A stretch of DNA of 31,741 nt from Ktedonobacterales bacterium (GCA_035279925.1 DATEGV010000372.1:1-31741), one strand, 5' to 3'. Positions 1-9,157 are shown, counted from the first letter of the stretch. Translations and numbers: made by a program. The notes: generated by a model from the letters alone, not told the origin.

Positions 1-1
1 C

Positions 2-124
2 CGGCGTGCGCACGACGCGAATGAGCTCGCGCTTCGGGCGCGCCTCGCGGCAGGCGATACACGTGCGCACGGGAACGCGCCGTGGCCGCGCCGGTTGCTT
101 GGGTTTCGCGGGTGTGCCTGCCAT
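2..124 (-). CDS. ylxR: YlxR/RnpM (DUF448) nucleic-acid-binding protein, N-terminal part only (runs off the window start)
   Basis: Not in the ORF track. Manual translation from ATG at 124 gives MAGTPAKPKQPARPRRVPVRTCIACREARPKRELIRVVRTP, the typical P.RTC..CR...K..L.R.VRTP signature. Starts 1 nt after the nusA stop, the canonical nusA-ylxR order. Confidence 0.92.
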   Translation of the reverse strand, partial: MAGTPAKPKQPARPRRVPVRTCIACREARPKRELIRVVRTP

Positions 125-125
125 G

Positions 126-1232
126 CTACCGCTCCACCCGCGCCTGCTGCGCGTCCGCCGTCGCCGGTGGCGGAGCCACTTCCTCGGCCTGCTCGGTTGG
201 TCGCGCCACATCCACGCGCCATCCCGTCAGCCGCGCCGCCAGCCGCGCGTTCTGCCCGTCTTTGCCGATGGCCAGCGAGAGTTGGCGTTCCGGCACCGTG
301 ACCAGCGCGGTATGGTCCGAGTCGCGCAGTTCGACGTGCAGCGGCTTCACAGGACTGAGCGCGTTGGCGACGAATTGGGCCGGCTCTGTGCTCCACTGGA
401 TGATATCAATCTTCTCGCCGTTGAGCTCGTTGACGATGTTATTGATGCGCGTGCCGCGCACGCCCACGCACGCGCCGATGGGGTCAATCCCGTCCTGGCG
501 CGCCCAGACGGCGACCTTCGAGCGGCTGCCTGGCTCGCGCGCGATCGCCTTGATCTCCACCTGCCCGTTGAAGATCTCCGGCACCTCAAGCTCAAAGAGC
601 CGCTTGATGATGTTGCGGTGCGTGCGCGAGACCAGCGCCTGCACGCCGCGCCCGCCACTGCGCCGCAGTTCATAGACGTAGACGCGCAGCCGTTGCCCAA
701 CGCGCAGCCGCTCGCCGGGGATCATCTCCGTATCGGCGAGCACGCCCTCCACCTTGCCAAGATCGAGGATCCAGGCTTCTTTGCGTGTCCGCTCGTCGCG
801 CTCGCGCCGGATCACAGTGCCCAGCACCATATCGTCGAGATGCTCTTTATACGACTCGAAGACATAGTCCTGCTCGGCCTCGCGCATGCGCTGCAAGATG
901 ATCTGCTTCGCGGTCTGCGCGGGAATTTTATTGAAGATCTGCGGCGAATCCACTTCCATGTGCTGGCCCAGCGCCGCATGTGGATCGAGCTGCTGCGCGT
1001 CGCCAAGGGAGATCTCCTCCATTGGGTTGCTCGCCTGCGCGACAACGCGCTTGTTCGCCCAGACGCGCACATCGCCGCTGCTCTCGACCTCGATCCGTAT
1101 GTTTTCGCCACCACCCACGCTCTTGCGGTACGCCGCGAGCAGCGCATTGGCGACGGCCTCCATGACAACGTCCTGGGGGAGTCCCTTTTCATGGATAAGT
1201 TGGCTTATAGCGAGCTGGAATTCCGTTCGCAT
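126..1232 (-). CDS. nusA: Transcription termination/antitermination factor NusA
   Basis: 368 aa with AQTAKQIILQRMREAE, S1 domain, AREPGSRSKVAV, GACVGVRGTRI, KIDIIQWS, SLAIGKDGQNARLAARLTGWRVD (KH domains). Confidence 0.98.
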   Translation of the reverse strand: MRTEFQLAISQLIHEKGLPQDVVMEAVANALLAAYRKSVGGGENIRIEVESSGDVRVWANKRVVAQASNPMEEISLGDAQQLDPHAALGQHMEVDSPQIFNKIPAQTAKQIILQRMREAEQDYVFESYKEHLDDMVLGTVIRRERDERTRKEAWILDLGKVEGVLADTEMIPGERLRVGQRLRVYVYELRRSGGRGVQALVSRTHRNIIKRLFELEVPEIFNGQVEIKAIAREPGSRSKVAVWARQDGIDPIGACVGVRGTRINNIVNELNGEKIDIIQWSTEPAQFVANALSPVKPLHVELRDSDHTALVTVPERQLSLAIGKDGQNARLAARLTGWRVDVARPTEQAEEVAPPPATADAQQARVER

Positions 1233-1407
1233 TGAGTGTCTCCCTTCCAGAGGATTGCCGCTTGCCGTCGCTTCGTTCCGCCGTCAATAGGTACAGTGAA
1301 GGCGTGAGGTTGCCCCACGCCTGAGCTACAGTGCGCCGGTTGTTCCCCAACCCCCTGATGCCGGCGCCTCCAGGGGAGGTAATGCTCGTCTCCGGCTCCA
1401 AGCAAAC

Positions 1408-1434
1408 GGAGAAGTGGGGATGCCCCACTTCTCC
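1408..1434 (-). terminator. Leader hairpin / candidate attenuator upstream of nusA
   Basis: Perfect 12-bp stem GGAGAAGTGGGG-(3 nt)-CCCCACTTCTCC, followed on the minus strand by a weak U tract GTTTGCTT, about 20 nt downstream of the predicted nusA promoter. Confidence 0.65.
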
Positions 1435-1460
1435 AGGTACGCGGTCCTCGGTTCCGCCTC

Positions 1461-1490
1461 AGTATATCACCTTGGGTATCGGCGCCGCAA
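1461..1490 (-). promoter_or_regulatory. Sigma70-type promoter for the nusA operon
   Basis: Minus strand TTGCGG-N18-TATACT with extended -10 TG (TGaTATACT). Confidence 0.6.
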
Positions 1491-1497
1491 AGGTGGT

Positions 1498-1526
1498 TTG
1501 ACGCCCCCGCCGCGCTCCCATATAAT
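1498..1526 (+). promoter_or_regulatory. Sigma70-type promoter for the acyl-CoA dehydrogenase gene
   Basis: TTGACG-N17-TATAAT, near-perfect consensus, divergent from the nusA promoter. Confidence 0.8.
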
Positions 1527-1592
1527 CGGAGCAGCGCCCGGCCCCAACGCGGTAACTGGCTGGGGTGACGCAACGCAAAGGAGCGGACCACG

Positions 1593-2735
1593 ATGGCCAT
1601 CGAGCTGGCGGAAGACGAGCGCATGCTACTGGACGCGATCCACGATCTCGCCCGTGACAAGGTGGCGCCGAGAGCGGCCGCGATAGACGCGAAGGGCGAG
1701 TTTCCCTGGGATATGAAAGAACTGCTCGCCTCCCAGGACATCCTCGCCATGCCGTTCCCGGAGGAGTACGGTGGCATCGGCTCCAGCGAACTCAGCATCC
1801 TGATGACGATTGAGGAGTTGGCGAAGGCGTGCGCCGTCACCGCGCTCATCCTCTGTGTGCAGCAGCTTGGTTCACTGCCCATTCTGCTCGCCGGCACGCC
1901 AGAGCAGAAGCAGCGATTCATTCCCAAGCTGGCCACCGGCGAATGGCTCGCCGCCTACGCGCTCACCGAGCCAGGCTCCGGCTCCGACGCCGGCGGGATG
2001 CGCACGCGCGCCGAACGACACGGCGACACCTACGTGCTCAACGGCCTCAAGCACTTCATCACCAACGCGGGCATCGCGCATGTCAACACCGTCTTCGCCG
2101 TCACCGATCCCGCCGCCGGCAGTCGCGGCGTCAGCGCCTTCGTCGTCGAGGGCGACCGGCCGGGCTTCCGCCTCGGCAATATAGAGAACAAGATGGGCAT
2201 TCGCGGCTCGCAGACCGGCGAACTCGTCTTCGAGGAGTGCGTTATCCCCGCCGACAACCTGCTCGGCAAGGAGGGCGACGGCTTCAAGATCGCGTTGGCG
2301 ACGCTGGATCGCACACGCCCCGGCATCGCCGCGCAGGCGCTGGGCATCGCGCAGGGCGCGCTCGATTTCGCAGTCCAATACGCCAAACAGCGCGTCCAGT
2401 TCGGAAAGCCTATCATCGAAAATCAGGGCATCCAGTTCATGCTTGCCGACATGGACATCAAGACTGAAGCGGCGCGTCGTCTCGTCTATCACGTGGGCGA
2501 GATGATGGACGCCGGCGTCGCCCGGTTCAGCCGCGAGTCCGCCATCGCCAAAACCTACGCCTCCGACGTGGCGATGGATGTAACCAACGACGCGATTCAA
2601 GTGCTGGGCGGCTACGGATACATGAAAGAGTTTCCAGTCGAGCGCATGATGCGCGACGCGAAGATCTGCCAGATCTACGAAGGCACTAACCAAATTCAGC
2701 GCCTCGTCATTTCGCGGGAGCTGACGCGCGGTTAG
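1593..2735 (+). CDS. Acyl-CoA dehydrogenase (short-chain/butyryl-CoA type)
   Basis: 380 aa with ALTEPGSGSD, LNGLKHFITN, ENKMGIRGS, RVQFGKPI, GGYGYMKEFPVERMMRDAKICQIYEGT (catalytic Glu). RBS AAGGAG upstream. Confidence 0.96.
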   Translation: MAIELAEDERMLLDAIHDLARDKVAPRAAAIDAKGEFPWDMKELLASQDILAMPFPEEYGGIGSSELSILMTIEELAKACAVTALILCVQQLGSLPILLAGTPEQKQRFIPKLATGEWLAAYALTEPGSGSDAGGMRTRAERHGDTYVLNGLKHFITNAGIAHVNTVFAVTDPAAGSRGVSAFVVEGDRPGFRLGNIENKMGIRGSQTGELVFEECVIPADNLLGKEGDGFKIALATLDRTRPGIAAQALGIAQGALDFAVQYAKQRVQFGKPIIENQGIQFMLADMDIKTEAARRLVYHVGEMMDAGVARFSRESAIAKTYASDVAMDVTNDAIQVLGGYGYMKEFPVERMMRDAKICQIYEGTNQIQRLVISRELTRG

Positions 2736-2743
2736 TGGGGTAT

Positions 2744-2786
2744 CCCTAACCCCCCAGCCCCCTTGCCGTTGGTACGGGAACGGGGG
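2744..2786 (+). repeat. REP-like intergenic hairpin, divergent copy
   Basis: CCCTAACCCCCCAGCCCCCTTGCCGTTGGTACGGGAACGGGGG; C-rich leader plus CCCCC...GGGGG stem as in the other copies. Confidence 0.55.
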
Positions 2787-2832
2787 TCGGAACCGTGAGG
2801 CGAGCGCATGATGACGAGAGGGAGGGCGAACG

Positions 2833-3504
2833 ATGGCACTCTACGTTGATAGCGCCCATCTGGACGACGTTGCCGACATCTGCGCGACGTTTCCCGTCGT
2901 CGGCGTCACAACCAATCCCTCGATTCTGCTGGCGGCTGTGGAGCGCGGCCAGCGGCTGGACGATCTCGCCGTCGCGCGCGGCCTGCTCGCGCGGTGTACC
3001 GGCGCCGTCTTTATGCAGCCGACGGCCGAGACCGCCGAGGACTTGCTCGCCGCCGCGCGTCGCTATGTTGACGTGGACCCCACCCGCATCGTCGTGAAGC
3101 TGCCGATGACCGCGCTGGGCGTCCAGACCGGCAAGACGCTGAAGGCCGAGGGCGCCCGCGTCGCCTACACCGCCACGTACACGCTCGCGCAGACCTACAT
3201 CGCCGCGATGGCCGGCGCGGACTGGGTGATTCCCTACCACGGGCGTCTACGCCGGGCTGGGATAGACGCCGCCGCACGCATCGGCGGCATGGTTGAGCTT
3301 GTCGAGCGGCAGCGCGCGCCGACTCATGTGCTCGCGGCAAGTGTGCGGTCCACGTCGTGCCTCGTCGAGGTGGTGATGGCGGGCGCGCATGACGCGACCC
3401 TCCCGCCGGAGGTCATTCGCGCGCTGAGCGAAGACGCCCTCACGGCGGCCGCGGTCACGCAGTTCGCGGCGGACTGGCAGCGGGTGCGCGCCGCGCTGGG
3501 TTAG
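2833..3504 (+). CDS. Transaldolase-family protein with fructose-6-phosphate aldolase (FSA)-type residues
   Basis: LYVDSA, GVTTNPSIL, IVVKLP (Schiff-base Lys), LKAEG, TATY..AQ, AGA..VIPY..R. Gln in FMQP and Tyr in PYHGR match FSA rather than TAL. Confidence 0.88.
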   Translation: MALYVDSAHLDDVADICATFPVVGVTTNPSILLAAVERGQRLDDLAVARGLLARCTGAVFMQPTAETAEDLLAAARRYVDVDPTRIVVKLPMTALGVQTGKTLKAEGARVAYTATYTLAQTYIAAMAGADWVIPYHGRLRRAGIDAAARIGGMVELVERQRAPTHVLAASVRSTSCLVEVVMAGAHDATLPPEVIRALSEDALTAAAVTQFAADWQRVRAALG

Positions 3505-3540
3505 CGCAGCGCGAAACTTCAGTTACCCAACCCCGGGCGC

Positions 3541-4086
3541 CTACGACCCTCCACGATCCGGCGCGGCGCGGCCAAGCCATCCGACGACCGCGCCAAGTGT
3601 CGCGCCGAAGATCCAGTGGGCGACGACCATGATGACACGGCGATCTGGCCGGTCATGCTTCGCATGGGGCATCAGGCCGAGCGCCGGAATCCAGCCCATG
3701 TAACTGCTCGCCCACAGGAGCGTGCCGAAGAGCGCGCCGGTGAGGATGGGACTGACACGCCACGGCAGGCGGCGCTGCGCCACCCCATAGACCGCCCCGG
3801 CCATCCCACCGAAGGCGAAGTGCAGCACGGTGGCGAGCATGTTTCGCGGCTTCTGGCTTCCGGCGCGGCGTCGTCCCCGAAAGAACACTTTCTGGGTGAT
3901 GCGCTCGGGCGGCTGCCTGCCCAGCAGCCCCAGCCGGCGCGCGGCAAGCATCGCGGCGCTCATCGGGACGGTTCCGGCCAGCCCGCCAATCGCGCCATCC
4001 ACCGCGGCGCGAACGTCTCGTGGTATCTGCGCTCGTGTGGTGTCAACCGGCGCCACCACCGGCTGATCCTGGATCGCGGTAGCCAT
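3541..4086 (-). CDS. Integral membrane protein (DUF1440/DUF6789-like)
   Basis: 181 aa; GAIGGLAGTVPMS, LHFAFGGMAGAVYG, GALFG..LW..SY.GWIPALG, AHWIFGATLG. RBS GGAG upstream. Family call from memory of the pattern. Confidence 0.7.
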   Translation of the reverse strand: MATAIQDQPVVAPVDTTRAQIPRDVRAAVDGAIGGLAGTVPMSAAMLAARRLGLLGRQPPERITQKVFFRGRRRAGSQKPRNMLATVLHFAFGGMAGAVYGVAQRRLPWRVSPILTGALFGTLLWASSYMGWIPALGLMPHAKHDRPDRRVIMVVAHWIFGATLGAVVGWLGRAAPDRGGS

Positions 4087-4172
4087 AACGGACTCCCCTC
4101 CGTATCTGCGCGGACTCGCATAGCTGTCGCATCACGCGATGACAGTCGCAGGGGTTGTGCCGCCGGATTCGT

Positions 4173-5750
4173 CTACCCTTGTCCCACGATCAGCGTGCGG
4201 CCCGTCATCGTCGGCGGCTGCGCGATACCCAGCAGTTGCAGCATCGTTGGCGCGACGTCCGCCAGAATACCATCGCCGCGCAGCGTCACATCCGGCCACT
4301 GCGGCACGACGAAGTAGAACGGGACCGGATTCGTCGTGTGCGAAGTCAACGGCTTGCCCGTGTCGTACTCGATCAGTTGCTCGGCGTTGCCGTGGTCGGC
4401 GGTGATGAGGACCGCCCCGCCAGCCGCTAGCGCCGCCTCCACCACCTTGCCCACGCCGTCATCCACCGCCTCGACGGCCTTGATCGCCGCCTCGATTACC
4501 CCGGTATGCCCCACCATATCGGCGTTGGCGTAGTTCATAATTACCACGTCATACGCGCCGCTCTCGATGCGCGCCACCGCCTCGCGTGTCAGCTCCGGGG
4601 CGCTCATCTCCGGCTTCAGGTCGTAGGTCGCCACCTTCGGCGAGGGCACGAGCAGACGATCCTCGCCAGGGAACGGCGCCTCCCGGCCACCGTTGAAGAA
4701 GAACGTCACATGGGCGTATTTCTCCGTCTCCGCCGTGTGAAACTGCGTCAGGCCATGGTCCGCGAGAATCTTCGCCAGCGGCAAGCTGACGTTGTCCGCG
4801 GGGAACGCCACTTGTACCGGCAGACCCGCCTCATACTCCGTCATCGTCACGAAGACAAGATCCTCCAGGCGCGGTCCTCGGTCAAACTTCCCCTCGGCCT
4901 GTGGCGGCAACTCTGGCAGCGCGAACGCCTTGGTCAGCTCGCGGCCACGGTCGGAGCGGAAGTTGAAATAGACGACGGCGTCGCCCGCCTCGACGGTCGC
5001 GACGGGCTGGCCGTCGGCCATCACTACCATCGGCTCGATGAACTCGTCCGTCACCTTGCGCTCGTACGACTCCGCGATGGCCGCCACCGGATCGGAGACG
5101 CGCTGCCCCTCCGCGCGGGTCATCGCCCAGTAGACGCGCGCGATGCGCTCCCAGCGGTTGTCCCGGTCCATCGCGTAGTAGCGGCCGCTGATCGTGGCCA
5201 CCCGCGCCGGATGCTCGCCGCCGATCTCGGCGGCGCGCGCCAGCAACTCCTCCATATAGTCCCTCGCGCCGAACGGCGACGTGTCCCGACCGTCGGTGAA
5301 GGCGTGGATATAGACGCGCCCGACCTCATGACTCGCCGCCAGCCGTAGGCACGCCTCCAGGTGACTCTGGTGCGCGTGCACGCCGCCGGGACCGATGAGA
5401 CCGCAGAAGTGCAGCTTGCTCCCAGTGCGCTTCACGTGCTCGATGGCGGCCAGCAGCGCCGGATTGGTGAAGAACGTGCCGTCCTGGATCGCGGCGGAGA
5501 CCCGCGTGAACTCCTGGAGCACCCGCTTGCCGGCGCCGATGTTGAGGTGTCCGACCTCGGAGTTGCCCATCTGGCCCTCCGGTAGCCCCACCGCCGGGCC
5601 GGACGTCGCCACCTGCGTATGCGGCCAATCGCGCTCGATGCGGTCCAGGTTCGGCTTGGTGGCCATCGCGATCGCGTTGGCGTCTCTGCGCGGATTGATG
5701 CCGTAGCCGTCCATCACGATCAAGACGAGGGGGCGGGGTACGGTTGGCAT
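4173..5750 (-). CDS. gpmI: 2,3-bisphosphoglycerate-independent phosphoglycerate mutase
   Basis: 525 aa with LIVMDGYG, GQMGNSEVGHLNIGAG, GRYYAMDRDNRWER, NFRSDR, AETEKYAHVTFFFNGG, NADMVGHTG, TADHGNAE, HTTNPVP. Confidence 0.98.
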   Translation of the reverse strand: MPTVPRPLVLIVMDGYGINPRRDANAIAMATKPNLDRIERDWPHTQVATSGPAVGLPEGQMGNSEVGHLNIGAGKRVLQEFTRVSAAIQDGTFFTNPALLAAIEHVKRTGSKLHFCGLIGPGGVHAHQSHLEACLRLAASHEVGRVYIHAFTDGRDTSPFGARDYMEELLARAAEIGGEHPARVATISGRYYAMDRDNRWERIARVYWAMTRAEGQRVSDPVAAIAESYERKVTDEFIEPMVVMADGQPVATVEAGDAVVYFNFRSDRGRELTKAFALPELPPQAEGKFDRGPRLEDLVFVTMTEYEAGLPVQVAFPADNVSLPLAKILADHGLTQFHTAETEKYAHVTFFFNGGREAPFPGEDRLLVPSPKVATYDLKPEMSAPELTREAVARIESGAYDVVIMNYANADMVGHTGVIEAAIKAVEAVDDGVGKVVEAALAAGGAVLITADHGNAEQLIEYDTGKPLTSHTTNPVPFYFVVPQWPDVTLRGDGILADVAPTMLQLLGIAQPPTMTGRTLIVGQG

Positions 5751-5902
5751 ATCGGGGGCGCTCCTTACTGGACACAGGGGAGACGATCAACGTGATGATC
5801 GGCGTTGAGTCGCGTACTGCTCCATACGATAGCGGAACTTGGCGCTGATCGGCACGCTGGGAGCATCCATTTGGGCATGCGAACGTGCGCAGGAAACCGC
5901 TG

Positions 5903-5911
5903 TGGTATAAT
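5903..5911 (+). promoter_or_regulatory. Extended -10 promoter for the signal peptidase operon
   Basis: TGGTATAAT (TGn-TATAAT) about 100 nt upstream of the GTG start at 6012. Confidence 0.6.
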
Positions 5912-6011
5912 ACGGCGCGGTCGGCGACAGCGGATTCTCCGCGCAAACTCAGGCATCAGCCAGGAGCCGGCTCCATGACAAGAAACCCAAGGTGACCCAG
6001 GAGGCTGGCGC

Positions 6012-6632
6012 GTGAGCAAAGCCCAGATACTCCCTCCAAGCGCGGAGCCAGCCGAGCAGGATCAGCACGCCCGGCGACAAAAGGCTCTGCGTGAGATCGT
6101 CGAAACCATCGTGCTCACGCTGCTCATCTTCTTCGCGGTGCATTTCTCGATTCAGCCCGTCCATGTGGATGGACCGAGCATGCAGCCGGGTTTACATACG
6201 GGTGAGGTGCTGCTGGTCAATCTGCTGACCTATGATTTCAGTTCACCGCAGCGCGGCGATATTGTCGTCTTTCATCCGCCGGGCGAACCGAATGTGGAGT
6301 ATGTGAAGCGCATCATCGGCATTCCCGGCGATACGATCTCCATCACGGCGACCGCCGTGTACGTGGACGGCAAGAAGCTCAACGAGCCGTACATCGCGGC
6401 GCTGGCGCCGGGGCAGGACGAAAGCGTGGTGGTCATCCCCAGCCTCAAGCTCGGCAAGAATGACTACTTCGTGCTCGGCGACAACCGTCTCAACAGCCGC
6501 GACTCGCGCTTCTTCGATGGGCCGGTGACGCGGCAGTCCATCATCGGCAAGGCTCAGCTTGTCATCTTCCCATTCAACGCGATTGAATGGCTGCCTAACT
6601 TTTCCAGCGTGTTCTCTGGCGTCCACCCGTGA
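6012..6632 (+). CDS. lepB: Signal peptidase I (catalytically intact)
   Basis: One N-terminal TM; VDGPSMQPGL (Ser, AGC 6177-6179); YVKRIIGIPGD (Lys, AAG 6306-6308); GDNRLNSRDSR. Confidence 0.95.
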   Translation: MSKAQILPPSAEPAEQDQHARRQKALREIVETIVLTLLIFFAVHFSIQPVHVDGPSMQPGLHTGEVLLVNLLTYDFSSPQRGDIVVFHPPGEPNVEYVKRIIGIPGDTISITATAVYVDGKKLNEPYIAALAPGQDESVVVIPSLKLGKNDYFVLGDNRLNSRDSRFFDGPVTRQSIIGKAQLVIFPFNAIEWLPNFSSVFSGVHP

Positions 6633-6717
6633 GCGCGCCGCCAACTCTGACATACTGTGACACGAGGCGGTAGGGATTCCTACCCGCGGCCTCTTTTCCA
6701 CCTTCAAGGAGCGGGAC

Positions 6718-7323
6718 GTGGCGCCAGTGCGTTCGAGACCGGTGAGCCGGACGATAGCCGAGCAACGCGCGCATCTCATGCGTGAGATCGTCGAAACGTT
6801 GCTGTTTGTGGCGCTGATCTTTGTCATCGTCCACTTCACCATCCAGTCGTTTAGCATCAGCGGAACCAACATGGCTCCCGAATTGAAGCCGGGCCAGATC
6901 GTCGTCGTCAACCGCGTCGCCTACCTCTTCGGTGGCCCTGGGCGCGGCGATGTCGCGCTTGTCGTGGACCCCAGCGACCCGCACCTCAAGAAGCAGTTGC
7001 TCGAGCGAGTCATCGCCGTGCCGGGCGACACCATCGAGGTGACCGCCTCGCATATCATCGTCAACGGCGTCACGCTGAACGAGCCGTACGTGCATGTGGC
7101 CCCCGGTGTCTCGCAGAACCCCGTCATTCTGGCGCCACAGAAGCTTGGCAAGCATCAGTATTTCGTGTTGAATGACAACCGGCTCAGCGCCGAGGATTCT
7201 CGCACATTCGGTCCGGTGGATCAGAGCAACATCCTGGGCAAAGCCGTCGTGGTTTTCTGGCCACTCAGCCAGTTCAGTGGCATCAATAACTACTCCGGCG
7301 TCTTTCGCGGCGTCGGCAAATAG
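6718..7323 (+). CDS. Signal peptidase I paralog lacking both catalytic residues (pseudo-peptidase)
   Basis: Same architecture as the upstream copy (REIVET TM, RGD, VPGDT, LNEPY, DNR...DSR), but ISGTNMAPEL (Ser to Asn) and LLERVIA (Lys to Glu). Confidence 0.9.
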   Translation: MAPVRSRPVSRTIAEQRAHLMREIVETLLFVALIFVIVHFTIQSFSISGTNMAPELKPGQIVVVNRVAYLFGGPGRGDVALVVDPSDPHLKKQLLERVIAVPGDTIEVTASHIIVNGVTLNEPYVHVAPGVSQNPVILAPQKLGKHQYFVLNDNRLSAEDSRTFGPVDQSNILGKAVVVFWPLSQFSGINNYSGVFRGVGK

Positions 7324-7337
7324 AGGGCAGCGCCCGT

Positions 7338-8279
7338 ATGCTTGGTGAAATCGCGCTGTTTGTGGCGCTTGGACTCGTGGCGCTGCTCGTTATAGGACTG
7401 CTCGCTTTCAGCTACTGGCGCGCGGCCCTGCTGCTGCGACCCGTCCGTGTGCCGCTGCGCTTCCAACCGGCGGACTTCGATCTGCCCGTCGAGGACGTGT
7501 GGATACCGAGCCCGCGCGGATTGCTGACCGCCTGGTACCTGCCCGCGCGCAACGGCTGCACACTCATCTGCTGCCACGGCATCAACGACAATCGCGCGCA
7601 GTGGCTCGCCCAGGTCGCGCGTCTGCACGACCGATCCGGCTACGGCGCGCTCATGTTCGATTTCGCTGGGCATGGCGATAGCGAAGGCAACCAGGTCACA
7701 TTTGGCGTGCGCGAGGTCGAGGATGTCACTGCCGTCGTCGCCTACCTGCGCGAGCGCGGCGACGTGAACATGGACGGACTCGGCATCGTCGGCTACTCCC
7801 TCGGCGCGATCACCGCCGTCCTGGCCGCCGCCCGCATTCCAGGGTTGCGGTGCCTCGTCATCGAGAGCGGCTTCGCCGACGTGCAGCGCGATATCGCCGT
7901 ACTTTTCAAGCGTTTCACCGGGCTGCCGCCGTTCCCGTTCGCCAACCTGATCGTCTTTTGGGGTCAGATCATTTCCGGCGTCAAGCTCGGCGATATTCGC
8001 CCCGTCCGTGTCATTGGCGCGCTCAGTCCGCGCGCGTCGCTCATCATCTCCGACCTGTGCGATGAAATCGCCAACGAACCTTACGACGGGACGCATCTCT
8101 TCGAGGCCGCCGGCGACCCCAAGGAACTCTGGCAGATCGCCGATTGCCACCACGTGCAGGGATTCTCGACCGTGCCAGACCAGTGGATCCAGCGCGTCGG
8201 CGACTTTCTGGACGCCTATCTGGCGCGGCCGGTGGCGAGCGAGCTCCAGCCACAGAGCCGCGAGGGGCATAATGCCTGA
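7338..8279 (+). CDS. Membrane-anchored alpha/beta hydrolase
   Basis: N-terminal TM, CCHGIND, FDFAGHGDSEG, nucleophile elbow GYSLG, ESGFAD, distal His in DCHHV. Its 3' end overlaps the mutM ATG. Confidence 0.9.
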   Translation: MLGEIALFVALGLVALLVIGLLAFSYWRAALLLRPVRVPLRFQPADFDLPVEDVWIPSPRGLLTAWYLPARNGCTLICCHGINDNRAQWLAQVARLHDRSGYGALMFDFAGHGDSEGNQVTFGVREVEDVTAVVAYLRERGDVNMDGLGIVGYSLGAITAVLAAARIPGLRCLVIESGFADVQRDIAVLFKRFTGLPPFPFANLIVFWGQIISGVKLGDIRPVRVIGALSPRASLIISDLCDEIANEPYDGTHLFEAAGDPKELWQIADCHHVQGFSTVPDQWIQRVGDFLDAYLARPVASELQPQSREGHNA

Positions 8280-9099
8280 GCTTCCCGAGGTCGAATTCGT
8301 CGCGCGACAACTCAGAGAGGACCTCGTCGGCCACAAAATCGAGCGCGTGGATGTCTCCTGGTCACGTAGTGTCCAGGGGATTCCTCCGGACGAGTTCGCG
8401 GCGCGACTGGCCGGGCGGCGCGTCGTGGGCATCGCGCGGCGCGGCAAGTATCTGCTTGCGCACATGGACGGCGACGAGACGCTGGTGATCCATCGCCGCA
8501 TGTCGGGCAACCTGGCGCTCTCGCCCCCCGCTCGCGACGTGCTCTATGTGCGCGTGGCCTTCGACCTGGATGACGGGCGCCGCCTGCTCTACTCCGACCC
8601 GCGCAAGTTCGGCCGGTTGGCGCTTGTCGCGGATGGCGATCTACCGCGTCTCTTCGCCGCGCTCGGACCTGAGCCGCTCGACGACGAGTTCACTCCAGCG
8701 GCGCTCTCCCAGCGTCTTGGCAGCCAGCAACGCTCGATCAAGGCGACGCTGCTCGACCAGTCCGTGGTCGCCGGGCTTGGTAACATCTACGCCGACGAGG
8801 CGCTGTATCGCGCTGGCATCCATCCGTTGCGTCCCGCCGGCTCGCTGAGCGCGTCCGAGATTGCCGGGTTGCGCGATGCGATCCAGGCCGTTCTGCGCAC
8901 CGGCATCGAGCACGGGGGCACGACGTTCGGCCGGCACCGCGACGCCTACGACCAGGCCGGAACGAATCTCGAACACATCGAGGTCTACCGGCGCGCCGGT
9001 CAGCCTTGCCTCCGGTGCGGCACGCCTATCGCGCGCATCGTCGTGGCGCAGCGCGGCACGCACTTCTGCCCCTCGTGCCAGCCAATCCACGGACGCTAA
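8272..9099 (+). CDS. mutM: Formamidopyrimidine-DNA glycosylase / AP lyase
   Basis: True start ATG 8272 (MPELPEVE); RRGKYL, HRRMSG, DPRKFG, LGPEPL, LLDQSVVAGLGNIYADEAL, C-terminal Zn finger C..C...RGTHFCPSCQ. The ORF-track start at 8008 is too early. Confidence 0.97.
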   Translation: MPELPEVEFVARQLREDLVGHKIERVDVSWSRSVQGIPPDEFAARLAGRRVVGIARRGKYLLAHMDGDETLVIHRRMSGNLALSPPARDVLYVRVAFDLDDGRRLLYSDPRKFGRLALVADGDLPRLFAALGPEPLDDEFTPAALSQRLGSQQRSIKATLLDQSVVAGLGNIYADEALYRAGIHPLRPAGSLSASEIAGLRDAIQAVLRTGIEHGGTTFGRHRDAYDQAGTNLEHIEVYRRAGQPCLRCGTPIARIVVAQRGTHFCPSCQPIHGR

Positions 9100-9111
9100 C
9101 AACCCCGTTGT

Positions 9112-9157
9112 CCGCTGGGTCGCCTCATCCGCCCGCCGCTGGGTCGCCTCATCCGCC
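9112..9157 (+). repeat. Two-copy 22-bp tandem duplication
   Basis: CCGCTGGGTCGCCTCATCCGCC at 9112-9133 and 9136-9157. Confidence 0.9.

Noticed and set aside
6-1235. Long plus-strand ORFs antisense to nusA, and similar shadow ORFs over gpmI, the Fe-S gene, etfAB, MFS and clpE
   Set aside because: They mirror well-supported genes on the opposite strand or frame, have Arg/Ala/Pro-rich junk composition and lack motifs. This is expected in high-GC DNA.
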